Below are positions 10,098 to 19,280 of a stretch of DNA of 37,342 nt, piece after piece (position 1 is the first letter of the stretch; each line of letters begins with the position of its first letter). Where the stretch lies: positions 1 through 37,342 of the forward strand of contig JBFGJH010000028.1 of the NCBI GenBank assembly GCA_041577335.1. The letters are read 5' to 3'. Source of the DNA: Acidimicrobiia bacterium. Its GTDB lineage: Bacteria; Actinomycetota; Acidimicrobiia; Spongiisociales; JAENVV01. The notes under the pieces were generated by a model. The model saw nothing but the letters and a program-made list of their open reading frames with translations. It was not told where the DNA came from and made no database searches. The translations under genes and the position numbers were made by a program.

Positions 10098-11497
10098 GCA
10101 CCCGGGGGCTCCGAACCATCGAACTCCGCACCGTCACGTACGTGGCAGGTCCGTTGCTCTTCATCGACCAGGCCCATGGGGTGCACGCGGAAGAAGTGGT
10201 CGAAGTCGTCACCCCGGACGGAGCGATACGCCGGGGGCAGGTTCTCGAAGTCGACGGGGCCAGAGCAATCATCGAGGTCTACGCTGGCACGCGCGGTTTG
10301 GATATCGCCTCGACGCGAGTGCGCCTGGGCGGTGACAGCTCCCGACTTGGAGTGGGCATGGATCTCCTGGGTCGAATGTTCGACGGTTCCGGCGAGCCCA
10401 TAGATGGCGGGCCGCCCCCCATGCCGGAAGAGTTCTGGGACGTGAACGGTCTTCCGGTCAACCCGGCGGCTCGCCAATACCCCTCCGAGTACATAGAAAC
10501 CGGGATTTCGACGATCGATGGGCTCAACACACTCGTCAGGGGCCAGAAGCTGCCTATCTTCTCGGGGTTCGGGCTCCCTGCGGGTGAGTTGGCTGCCGAT
10601 ATCGCAACTCATGCTCGTGTGCCCGCCGGCGGCGATCAGGACTTCGTTGTGGTCTTCGCCGCCATGGGCACAACCGCCCGAGAGGCGAGCTTTTTTCGCC
10701 GGCATCTCGAGGACAGCGGCCGGCTCAACCGGACCGTTCTGTTTCTCAATCTCGCAGACGACCCCACTATCGAGCGCCTGCTCACTCCACGGCTGGCCTT
10801 GACGGCAGCCGAATTCTTGGCCTTTCAACGTGACATGCATGTGCTCGTGATCCTCACCGACGTGACCAATTACTGCGAGGCGCTACGCGAGGTGGCCACA
10901 GCCCGAGAAGAGGTGCCCGGCCGGCGCGGCTTTCCTGGATACATGTATACGGATCTCGCCTCCATCTTCGAACGGGCCGGGAAGCTGCATGGACATACCG
11001 GCTCGGTCACCCAGCTGGTGATTCTTTCCATGCCCGATGACGACATCACCCATCCGATCCCTGATCTTTCCGGCTACATCACCGAAGGTCAGATTGTGCT
11101 GTCGCGTGATCTCCATCGTCGCGGCGTCTTTCCGCCTGTCGATGTACTGCCCAGCCTCAGCCGGCTCATGAATGCCGGAATCGGAGAGGGGAAGACCCGG
11201 ATCGACCATCGCCCGGTCGCCGATCAGCTCTACGCGCTCTATGCCGAAGGACGGGACCTTCGTCAGCTCATTGCCGTGGTGGGGGAGGGAAGCCTCAACG
11301 ATTCTGACCGGAGAATCCTCTCCTTTGCCGATGAGTTCGAACACCGATTTGTGCATCAGGTCAAGCGTCGCAGCCTCGAGGAAACCATCGACCTTGCGTG
11401 GGACCTGCTGGGAGGCTTTCCCGATGACGAACTCAAGCGCATACCGCCGGCAACCCTTGCGTCTCGTCGACAATCCGGTGCGGTATTGCCGAGTTGA
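10094..11497 (+). CDS. atpB: V/A-type ATP synthase subunit B
   Basis: ATG at 10094 overlaps the atpA stop (ATGA); [80 protein letters not shown]. Confidence 0.97.
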   Translation: MSTRGLRTIELRTVTYVAGPLLFIDQAHGVHAEEVVEVVTPDGAIRRGQVLEVDGARAIIEVYAGTRGLDIASTRVRLGGDSSRLGVGMDLLGRMFDGSGEPIDGGPPPMPEEFWDVNGLPVNPAARQYPSEYIETGISTIDGLNTLVRGQKLPIFSGFGLPAGELAADIATHARVPAGGDQDFVVVFAAMGTTAREASFFRRHLEDSGRLNRTVLFLNLADDPTIERLLTPRLALTAAEFLAFQRDMHVLVILTDVTNYCEALREVATAREEVPGRRGFPGYMYTDLASIFERAGKLHGHTGSVTQLVILSMPDDDITHPIPDLSGYITEGQIVLSRDLHRRGVFPPVDVLPSLSRLMNAGIGEGKTRIDHRPVADQLYALYAEGRDLRQLIAVVGEGSLNDSDRRILSFADEFEHRFVHQVKRRSLEETIDLAWDLLGGFPDDELKRIPPATLASRRQSGAVLPS

Positions 11498-11544
11498 GTC
11501 AATAGGATCCTGCGAATGCCCGTCCAGCCCGTTGAAGGCGTGAG

Positions 11545-12228
11545 TTGTACACCCACATTCTCATAGATCTCGATCACACGCTGCTCGACTCGGATGCTTC
11601 GGAGGCGGCCGCGTTCGGCGAGACGCTTCGCGCGGCGGGCGTAGCTGACCCCGATGCCCATCTCGCCGCGTTTCAAACCATCAATCGGGCACTGTGGGCA
11701 GCCGTTGAACGCCACGAGATGACACCCGATCACGTGCGCGTGGCGCGCTTCGAGGAGCTCGCCAAAGTGATCGCGGAGGATGCCGACCCTGAGGAGATGG
11801 CAGATCGATACGTGGCCGGGCTCTCACAATTCGGCGACCTCTACCCGGCGGCGCGTCGCGTCCTGCCGGAGCTTTCGAACAAAGCGACCTTGGCGCTCGT
11901 GACAAATGGAATCGGGGAAGTGCAACGTGCCCGAATCGATCGTTTGGCGCTTGGCTCCTATTTCGCTGCCATTGTGGTGTCCGGGGAGGTCGGCGTCGCC
12001 AAACCCGCACCCGAGATCTTCGATATCGTGTTTCAGCAGCTAGGCCAACCAGCCAAGAGCTCAACCGCCATGGTCGGCGATAGCCTGTCGTCGGATATTC
12101 GCGGGGGAGCCAACTACGGGATCTCAACCTGCTGGTTCAACCCATCCGGGCGCAAGCCGGGCCCAGAGAATCGCTTCGACCACGAGATCTCAGACCTCGG
12201 CCAACTGCTGGCTCTCGTCGGCCCATGA
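11545..12228 (+). CDS. HAD-superfamily hydrolase, YjjG-like pyrimidine nucleotidase
   Basis: DLDHTLLD motif I, VTNG, KP.PEIF, MVGDSLSSDIRG, WFNP; TTG start. Confidence 0.88.
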   Translation: MYTHILIDLDHTLLDSDASEAAAFGETLRAAGVADPDAHLAAFQTINRALWAAVERHEMTPDHVRVARFEELAKVIAEDADPEEMADRYVAGLSQFGDLYPAARRVLPELSNKATLALVTNGIGEVQRARIDRLALGSYFAAIVVSGEVGVAKPAPEIFDIVFQQLGQPAKSSTAMVGDSLSSDIRGGANYGISTCWFNPSGRKPGPENRFDHEISDLGQLLALVGP

Positions 12229-12689
12229 TCGAGCCCATCGACATCAGGGACGAAGCCGTGGCGGAGCGTATCGTTGAGATTCAGATTGCTGCCTATGCCG
12301 TCGAGGCTGAACTGATGGGTTTCGATGGCATCCCGCAGCTCCATGAGACGGTCCCGGATGCTCGGTCGCGTACCGACCTTTGGTGGTTCGGCGTCTATGA
12401 CGGTGGGGAAATCATCGGAGCGATAGCCTGGAGGGAGCAGCCCGGGCTCATCGACATCGACCGCTTGGTGATTGCACCGAGCCACGCTCGGAGGGGGTAT
12501 GGAAGGAACCTGGTGATGGCCCTCGGAAGCACGACTCGTATCACGGTTTCCACCGGCGCTGCCAACGCTCCCGCCAGAGCTCTCTACGAGAGCCTGGGGT
12601 TCGAACTCATCGGCACGTCAGAGATCGCCCCTTCGGTACGCGTCGTTCATTACGAGAAGCCCGGCGACTCAACGACGGACCCATCCTGA
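12225..12689 (+). CDS. GNAT family N-acetyltransferase
   Basis: IDRLVIAP.HARRGYGR acetyl-CoA motif A, VSTG.AN.PA..LYE.LGF; ATGA overlap with the HAD gene. Confidence 0.88.
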   Translation: MIEPIDIRDEAVAERIVEIQIAAYAVEAELMGFDGIPQLHETVPDARSRTDLWWFGVYDGGEIIGAIAWREQPGLIDIDRLVIAPSHARRGYGRNLVMALGSTTRITVSTGAANAPARALYESLGFELIGTSEIAPSVRVVHYEKPGDSTTDPS

Positions 12690-12729
12690 GAGAGATCTGG
12701 ACTGTTACGCGATCGCCTGCGGAAGGTGT

Positions 12730-13038
12730 CTACCGACTGAGACCGTGCGACTCGCGTTCGCCTTCACGTTCGAGCTCCTCTTCGAGAAACTGGCGGTACT
12801 TCCGCTCGCTCATCCCTCGCTCTTCGAGGTAATAAGACGTGAAATGCAGGCCGAGGCCGAGGCCCCACGGGATGGTGACCCAGTATGCCCATTGAACGCC
12901 GCCACCCGTCGCCAGATCGAGCGCCCACACGAACGCGTTCACGATCACATATGCACCGACATGCACGAGAAGCGCGGCGTAGTCCTGTGCGCGCTTGCGG
13001 GCTCTTGCTTCGGCGGATGTCGGCTCCGTGCCAATCAT
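12730..13038 (-). CDS. 2TM domain-containing membrane protein
   Basis: ARKRA....LLVH..AY.IVNAF...W.YWV..PWG.GL..H pattern; GGAGG RBS ahead of ATG 13038. Confidence 0.82.
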   Translation of the reverse strand: MIGTEPTSAEARARKRAQDYAALLVHVGAYVIVNAFVWALDLATGGGVQWAYWVTIPWGLGLGLHFTSYYLEERGMSERKYRQFLEEELEREGERESHGLSR

Positions 13039-13404
13039 GATCACCTCCTAGACCATCGTCCCGAACGTACGACGGAGCCCCACATGTGAATAGAGCCGTC
13101 AGCCCCTTTTGGATAGGAGCAGTGTCGCCTGCCAAATCACTGAAGCCGGGGGAGGGGCGCGGCTCGATCGGGGGAGGCATCGGTCTCCCCGGAGCCGGCC
13201 GAGGCGTTGCCGTGACTGCGCCAATTCTGCCGGCTCGCTGATGCCGATGTGTCTGCTGCCACTTGGACACATCATCGCCACACGATCGACTCGGGGAGCC
13301 GCGAGACGACGGCGGGTGCTGGTCCAGGAGCGTAAGCCTCCTCAGGCCGATGCCCGAATGCGCCGATGGAGTGCTATGCAACGTATCTCTGAGGAGCAGC
13401 ATCG

Positions 13405-13905
13405 ATGATCCTGGTGAGTATCCCGCAACTGTCGCTCTCGGCCGGCGACCCCATCATCGCCGGCTATCCCTCCAATCAATGGTTTCAGGCAGACGGCTTC
13501 GCATTCGCCATATCCCGACCCGATGAGCCATCGGGCAGCCGGAATGGCCCTGAGTTGACGGCGCTCGGTCCCAGCGCGTTTCATGATGTATCAATCATGA
13601 AGGCACTCGATCAGCACTCGACCTTGCTGGCACAGTTTGCTGCCTCGGGTGGCAACGTCGGCCTCGTAGAGGTGGATTTCGTCGACCCGCCTCACGTCCG
13701 CGCCGAGGCGGAGGCGATGCCCTACCTGCGCTACTCGTTTCAGCGTTGTTTCGTGGCGTCGTGGACCGCCTCCGCCGCAGGCGCCGACCATCCCACCGAG
13801 CAGTGCTCGATCTCCTTCGAGGAGATGTCGATCAAGCACTGGGTGGATGGCGATCCGGCCGTGCTGCAAATGTCATGGGATCTCCGCAAGGGCGGCCCCA
13901 CCTAG
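13405..13905 (+). CDS. hcp: Hcp-like (type VI secretion tube) protein, orphan
   Basis: 166 aa; pattern G....GY...WF....F.F...; DVSIMKALDQHSTLL...A.G; PYLRYSF..CFVASW..S; PTEQ.SISF..MSI; C-terminal SWDL; GAGGAG RBS at 13391-13396. Confidence 0.8.
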   Translation: MILVSIPQLSLSAGDPIIAGYPSNQWFQADGFAFAISRPDEPSGSRNGPELTALGPSAFHDVSIMKALDQHSTLLAQFAASGGNVGLVEVDFVDPPHVRAEAEAMPYLRYSFQRCFVASWTASAAGADHPTEQCSISFEEMSIKHWVDGDPAVLQMSWDLRKGGPT

Positions 13906-14025
13906 AGGAGACGTTGGCCGGCGGATCCGCAGATCTGGGGACCTATCCGAGTCAGGACCCATGGCCCTAGACCGCCAGTGGAACACCTGGTTAGGTGTGG
14001 GGTAGGTCAGCTCGAGGAGACCACC

Positions 14026-14865
14026 ATGACCCGGATCGTCGTAGGTGTTGACGGATCTGCTGTGGCCGCCACGGCTCTCAGATGGGGAAGCCAGATCGCG
14101 ATCAGCACAGAAACGGAGTTGGTGGCGGTCAACGCGTTCCAGAACCCCTACTCGGAAGTGCCGCCCAACGACCGCCGACAGCTCCTCGAGGCGAGGGCAG
14201 AAATCCTCGCAACCGACTGGATAGCTCCTGCTGTTCGGCTCGGTGCGACAGTGCGACCCGTTGTACACGAGGGAGACCCGCGCCAAGTGCTCCCCGCCGT
14301 TGTAGTTGAGGAGCAGGCAACACTGCTCGTCATCGGTCGCACCGGCGCAGCCGGGGGGCCGGGCTTCTTGCATTTGGGCAGTGTGGTCGAACACCTGGCT
14401 CATCACGGTGCGATACCTCTGGCTGTCATCCCGGTTGGCTGGTCGGATCCGGTGCGGCGCATTGTCGTAGGCGTCGATGGTTCGGCTGAGTCACTCGCGG
14501 CAGCTCGTTGGGCCGGCCGTCTGGCGGCTGTCACGAACTCCGAGATCGTGGCGGTTCACATCTACGAGCCCGGCCTGGATTGGGCGCGAGCGGCGACGGA
14601 ACAAGACTGGCGCAAGGAGGCCGAGTCCCGTCTCCACGAGTGGACTGCCCCTCTGAAAGCGGCTGGTAGCCCCGTGAGTATCGTCGCACAGCACGATCTT
14701 CATCCGGCCGACGGACTGCTCGGCGTCGCCGCGGCCCGTCAGGCGGACGTCTTGGTGCTCGGGCTGCGGGGCCTTGGCCGGTTCTCTGGTGCTCGGGCGG
14801 GCGGGGTAGCCCTGAAGGTCATCCACCGCGCGTCCCTGCCGGTTGTGCTGATCCCGGAGCAGTGA
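14026..14865 (+). CDS. universal stress protein (two USP domains)
   Basis: Two RIVVGVDGS repeats, GDP..VL, LLVIG..G.......LGSV..HL, G.RG.G; GAGGAG RBS before ATG 14026. Confidence 0.92.
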   Translation: MTRIVVGVDGSAVAATALRWGSQIAISTETELVAVNAFQNPYSEVPPNDRRQLLEARAEILATDWIAPAVRLGATVRPVVHEGDPRQVLPAVVVEEQATLLVIGRTGAAGGPGFLHLGSVVEHLAHHGAIPLAVIPVGWSDPVRRIVVGVDGSAESLAAARWAGRLAAVTNSEIVAVHIYEPGLDWARAATEQDWRKEAESRLHEWTAPLKAAGSPVSIVAQHDLHPADGLLGVAAARQADVLVLGLRGLGRFSGARAGGVALKVIHRASLPVVLIPEQ

Positions 14866-14867
14866 GC

Positions 14868-14922
14868 AGGCCATCGGTCGAGGCGTACTGGCGAATCGAC
14901 GGCACCGACCACGCGATGGCCT
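14868..14922. terminator. possible stem-loop between convergent USP and META genes
   Basis: AGGCCATCG (14868-14876) is complementary to CGATGGCCT (14914-14922); large internal loop and no U-tract. Confidence 0.25.
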
Positions 14923-14991
14923 TCGTACGGCGTGCACGCGCTTCACCTCACGTGTCAGATGGCCCTGCAACCATCCATCCGGTGGCGACTC

Positions 14992-15780
14992 TCAGCCGCT
15001 GTCACTCGGGTTGAAGTTGACCTGCAATGCACCGTCGGCGTCGCGGAGCTCCAAACGACCGCTGCTGACGATCCACGTGTCCGAGTTCTCCAGAGCTGCG
15101 AAGAAGCTCTGTTCCTGTTCCATGACGCCCGCTGGGTCCGAACAGGCACTTCTGGTCGCTCCTACGGCACCAACGGAGATGGTGTCGGGCCCGGCTTCGA
15201 ATGGCGCGGAGTAGCCGTTGCAGCCGCCGTTGCCGGTGAGGCTGCCGTCATTGCCGAACGTTGCGGTGATCTCTGTCCCCGGAATCAGGCTGACCACAGC
15301 CTGATTCCCGTCGTTGACGCTGATGGCTTCCCAGCTGGTCCCGGCCAGGGCGATTGGCTCCAGAGTCACATAGACGAGGGTTTCGGTCCCGGCATCGTCG
15401 AACAAGCTGAGCTGATTGTCTGCGATCTCATAGCGCACCGAGGCTTGGAACAGGTCGAGGTAACGGGCCTCTTGAGCGTTGACGGGGTCCTGGCACGCTC
15501 GCCGGGTGGAGGCGAGTGGCCCAATATCGATGGCGTCGCCTTCGGTTGTGTATCCGCCATTGTACCGATTGCAACCCGAATCACCCGACACTTCGGACTG
15601 AGCAAATTGAGCGGTTATCGCTGCCGAGGGAATCGGAGCTACCAGCTCACCGCGTTCGGATAGGATCGACGAGAGTTCCCATGGATTAGCTTCCAGGTCA
15701 CCGCCGCCGGACTCGGAGCCGCTGCAGGCGACAGCCAAGACGGTCAGTCCAATAGCCGACAGCGCAAGGGCTCGTCCCAC
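14992..15780 (-). CDS. lipoprotein with two META (HslJ-like) domains
   Basis: Lipobox LAVAC; two repeats of W...S...ITA.F...G..GCN.Y......I.IG....TR.AC......QE; GGAGG RBS. Confidence 0.9.
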   Translation of the reverse strand: MGRALALSAIGLTVLAVACSGSESGGGDLEANPWELSSILSERGELVAPIPSAAITAQFAQSEVSGDSGCNRYNGGYTTEGDAIDIGPLASTRRACQDPVNAQEARYLDLFQASVRYEIADNQLSLFDDAGTETLVYVTLEPIALAGTSWEAISVNDGNQAVVSLIPGTEITATFGNDGSLTGNGGCNGYSAPFEAGPDTISVGAVGATRSACSDPAGVMEQEQSFFAALENSDTWIVSSGRLELRDADGALQVNFNPSDSG

Positions 15781-15950
15781 AACTCCAACCTCCTAAGCTT
15801 GTGCTCCGGTTGGCAGCATAGAGCTTGGGCCTCGGCCACCGTCGTTCCTTGACGGGCGCTCCGGCCCCGATAGCCTTGATCCCGTATCACGCTATCGCAC
15901 GATGCAGGAGGCAACGCGACGGCCGCGCTTTCCTCGCAAAGGAGCCAACT

Positions 15951-16496
15951 ATGACCGATCCGACGACGGATGCACCAGTGAAGCCGGGACCTCTGTTCAT
16001 GATCATGGGCGTGGTGAACGTGATACTCGGGTTTGTTGTGCTGTTTTGGCCAGACGCAACCCTGAAAGCGGTCGTGATTCTGGTCGGCCTCCAGTTGATC
16101 TTCGTCGGTGCCATCCGTATCTTCGTCGCGCTCGCGTTTCCCGAGGGCTCTCCACGGTTCCTCGCCTTCCTCGTCGGGCTTTTTGGCATCGTGGCTGGCC
16201 TGTTGGTGATGCGGGACCCTTTGCAGACGGTGGCCCTCGTAGTGACGCTCCTCGGCATCTTCTGGGTCTTCGCGGGTCTCGCAGGAGTGATTTCCAGCTT
16301 CATGGCAGCTCCCGGCGAAAAGATGGGGATGCTCTTGAGCGCAGTTGTGACCCTGGCTCTCGGCGCGTTGCTTCTCGGGTGGCCCGAGCCGACGCTCCGT
16401 GTGGTAGCCGTTGTGGTTGCTCTGTTCTTGATCGTGCAAGGCGTTGCCGAGCTTGCCGTGGGAGTCGCAGCGCGCAAAGGGGGCGTGGCAAGCTGA
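15951..16496 (+). CDS. HdeD/DUF308 family membrane protein
   Basis: Repeated G...ILG...L.WP..TL....L.G motifs, about 6 TM; AAGGAG RBS before ATG 15951. Confidence 0.85.
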   Translation: MTDPTTDAPVKPGPLFMIMGVVNVILGFVVLFWPDATLKAVVILVGLQLIFVGAIRIFVALAFPEGSPRFLAFLVGLFGIVAGLLVMRDPLQTVALVVTLLGIFWVFAGLAGVISSFMAAPGEKMGMLLSAVVTLALGALLLGWPEPTLRVVAVVVALFLIVQGVAELAVGVAARKGGVAS

Positions 16497-16635
16497 GCCG
16501 GATGGCTGCCAACAGGCATTTGCCGCTCGGCGCTTCGGAACGGCTGCCGGAGGCCGGCGCGCCGGTCCCGGGCGCGCGTTTCTGGCACGGGCTACTATCG
16601 GCTCGTCCCGTGCCGCAGAGGAGGACCGTTTTGCC

Positions 16636-17034
16636 ATGAGCGATCTCGATCGCATCTTTCAGGAGCTCTCTGAGGTCCGACAACAACTCGAAGACCTGCC
16701 CGCCGATGCGTTGGAGGAGCGGGCGCGCCTGGAAAGCCGGCGCGAGGCGCTGCACGCAGAAGCGAGCAGACTTCAAGGTGCTGTCGGCGATCCCCGGTCG
16801 TCGGCTGAGATCGCCACAGAACTGGAATCTCTGAAGGCGAGGCTCAACGAGATCGAGCAATCCGAAGTCAACATCGTCGAGCAATACGGCGGCAGTGTCC
16901 TCGAGGCCTCGAGCGCAGTGTCTGGGATGGACCTCAACCGCCGTATCGAAGAAGGCCAGGGCGCTGACGAGCTCAGAGCAAGAGTTGAGACTCTCGAGGC
17001 AGAGCTTGCCAAGCGGGAGGGCTCCGCAGGCTGA
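16636..17034 (+). CDS. hypothetical coiled-coil protein
   Basis: GAGGAGG upstream of ATG 16636; 132-aa Glu/Leu/Arg-rich heptad pattern. Confidence 0.7.
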   Translation: MSDLDRIFQELSEVRQQLEDLPADALEERARLESRREALHAEASRLQGAVGDPRSSAEIATELESLKARLNEIEQSEVNIVEQYGGSVLEASSAVSGMDLNRRIEEGQGADELRARVETLEAELAKREGSAG

Positions 17035-17090
17035 AAGGCCGGCTCGCGCGAAAGACCCGGCTCTGTCGCCTCGATAGGTAGCCTGGCGCC

Positions 17091-17795
17091 ATGTCCGGAA
17101 ACCGACCCGGAGCGGCGTACGCAACAGACCGTTTCGGTCTTCTCTTTCTCCAGCTGATCGGGCTCTTCGCGCTCACAGCGGTGGCAGGCGATTCGGGGGT
17201 TCTGCGCGTCACGCAGGGCCTGTTGGTCGTTGCCATCCTGCTCACGACGCTTCGTGCCAGCGGCACGACACCCCGGACGCTCCGCATCGCAGCCTTTGTC
17301 GCCGCACCAATGGCGCTCGCTGTGGTCGCGGGGTCCCTCAGCGACCGGCCGAATGTCGTCGGCCCGGTGACCATTTCTATTGGGCTCGTCATGGCTGCGG
17401 GAGCGGGACTCATCGTGCGTCGCATCTTCGAACACGAGCGAGTCACCCTCCAGCAGGTGATCGCTGCGTTGGGTGCCTACCTCGAGATCGCCCTGGTGTT
17501 CGCATTCGTATACGGGGGTGTCGACACGATGACCGACGGCAACTTCCTAAATGGCTCGCTGGTCGACGGCGCCGATTCGGGACCCTCGGTATCGCTCTAT
17601 TTCTCGGTGGTCACGATCACGACCCTCGGTTACGGTGATCTGACTCCGGCGACAGAGCTCGCGCGCACGCTGGCGATGATCGAGACGCTCTTCGGCCAGA
17701 TATTCTTGGTCGTGCTCGTTGCCTATCTCGTTGGATCGCTCGGTCGGCGGCGTCCGCAATTGATCGAACCCGCCAAAACGCCTCCGGCGTCCTGA
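17091..17795 (+). CDS. potassium channel family protein (2TM pore domain with extra N-terminal TMs)
   Basis: LYFSVVTITTLGYGDLTP selectivity filter followed by the ARTLAMIE..FGQIF inner helix. Confidence 0.9.
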   Translation: MSGNRPGAAYATDRFGLLFLQLIGLFALTAVAGDSGVLRVTQGLLVVAILLTTLRASGTTPRTLRIAAFVAAPMALAVVAGSLSDRPNVVGPVTISIGLVMAAGAGLIVRRIFEHERVTLQQVIAALGAYLEIALVFAFVYGGVDTMTDGNFLNGSLVDGADSGPSVSLYFSVVTITTLGYGDLTPATELARTLAMIETLFGQIFLVVLVAYLVGSLGRRRPQLIEPAKTPPAS

Positions 17796-17865
17796 CCGTC
17801 GCCCGTGCTCGCCCGCCTCCGGTGCGAGCAGCCGGCGAAAGACCTTTGGAGCACCGGCGGCACCG

Positions 17866-19149
17866 TCAGGCCATTGCTGGCTCGTTCTCCAACGGGACCA
17901 CATAGATCCAAGACACCTGGTAGGCGGCAAGCACAACGGCGATCGTCAGAAACCACCCCCACGTGAGATGGGGCAAGCTGAACAACGCTCCCAGAGCGGC
18001 GGCGGCTCCCGCTATGCGGAACGCAGCCGTGTGCCGGCGCAGGAAAAGGCTCGCCGTGGTTTGGGGCTGATCGTCGCCACGAAACATGCCCCGAACCGTT
18101 TGACGCACTGCTGCTGCCGTCGCACTGGGCCCTATGAGGTAGGCAGTCGCAGCCGCCACCAGGGAGATGGCGACCAGTGCCAAAACCAGCGGACCAAGAT
18201 TCCGCCACAGGGCGGCATCGATGACGATCTGGGCGACAGTCTGCCCCGAAGAGGAGGAAATCCCATCGACGATGTCGTTTTCCAAGGGCTCGCGGAGGAG
18301 CCAGATGGCGACGGCGGCACCTGCCGTCACAAGGCCGAGGGACGCCACAGTGCGGCGACGGTCGAGCGATGCGACCAGACCGCCCACGACGGCAATGGCG
18401 AAGAGCACCCACAGGGCAACGACGCCGCCATCGAGTATCCGAACCGCCCGCTGGGCTGACGTGAGCGTGTCTGCGTCGAACAGCTGCACCTGGCCGAAGG
18501 TCGGCGGGATCGTGACGCCGAGCGCTCCTGCGAGGCGGTCCGCTGCCTGTGGGGCTTCGTCGGGCGTGATCTCCGGGATCGCAATTGCACCACCAAACAG
18601 ATCCGGCGTGTCCAAACTTGCCTGAGCCACGACGTTGTTGATGACTGGGGCGAGGTCGAATGTGACCTTGCCGTCGACGACCGTTGTGTCATCCTCCCCG
18701 CGCAACAACGCCACAGCCTGCTCGTGGGCGAGCCGATTGGCTTCGACCCATATCGCCTCGAATTGCGATGAGCCGACGACTTTGGTGGTGGCGTTCTCGA
18801 TGAAGCCGCGGCTGGCGTTCTCCAGCGGCCCGGCGAGGAATCGTCCGGCCGGCCCTATGGCGTTGTCCAACAGGCCGGGCAGGTCGATAAGGGTGAGCGC
18901 CTCATCGGCGACCTTCACCGCCACGAGACTCTGGAGCTCCTGGTTGGCGGGAAGTGTTGCAACCGATTCGACCCACACGTCGGTGTTGAGGAGGGTCGAC
19001 CGCATCCAGGTGGCGGTCACGGCGAGCACCAGACTGAATGCCGCGACCACGGCCAGAAAGCCCGCCAGGGGACGCCGCCATCGGACTCGAGTGCTCGACT
19101 GCTCATCTGGGCCTGGATCGGCGGTGCCGGTATTGTGCTTGTTGGTCAT
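17866..19149 (-). CDS. hypothetical integral membrane protein
   Basis: 427 aa; N-terminal TM, extracytoplasmic region (W....LLNTD.WV..V..L; W..ANR.AH), several C-terminal TMs. Confidence 0.8.
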   Translation of the reverse strand: MTNKHNTGTADPGPDEQSSTRVRWRRPLAGFLAVVAAFSLVLAVTATWMRSTLLNTDVWVESVATLPANQELQSLVAVKVADEALTLIDLPGLLDNAIGPAGRFLAGPLENASRGFIENATTKVVGSSQFEAIWVEANRLAHEQAVALLRGEDDTTVVDGKVTFDLAPVINNVVAQASLDTPDLFGGAIAIPEITPDEAPQAADRLAGALGVTIPPTFGQVQLFDADTLTSAQRAVRILDGGVVALWVLFAIAVVGGLVASLDRRRTVASLGLVTAGAAVAIWLLREPLENDIVDGISSSSGQTVAQIVIDAALWRNLGPLVLALVAISLVAAATAYLIGPSATAAAVRQTVRGMFRGDDQPQTTASLFLRRHTAAFRIAGAAAALGALFSLPHLTWGWFLTIAVVLAAYQVSWIYVVPLENEPAMA

Positions 19150-19280
19150 GGTGGTCCCGTCCTGGATCTAGAGTCCGCCGTAGCCTAAGCGAGGCCGCCC
19201 ACAGAGCACCTCGCCCCATCCGGGTGAAGGACGAGGGCATGCGCGCCTTCGTTCACGTCGGTGCGACGTAGGCTAGAACG

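Noticed and set aside
13050..13400. GC-rich hairpins and short ORFs between the 2TM gene and hcp, considered as an ncRNA or a small Hcp cargo gene
   Set aside because: Stems are short and expected at this GC content; the ORFs lack RBSs and protein-like composition.
14932..15663. 243-aa plus-strand ORF
   Set aside because: Antisense to the clear META lipoprotein gene.
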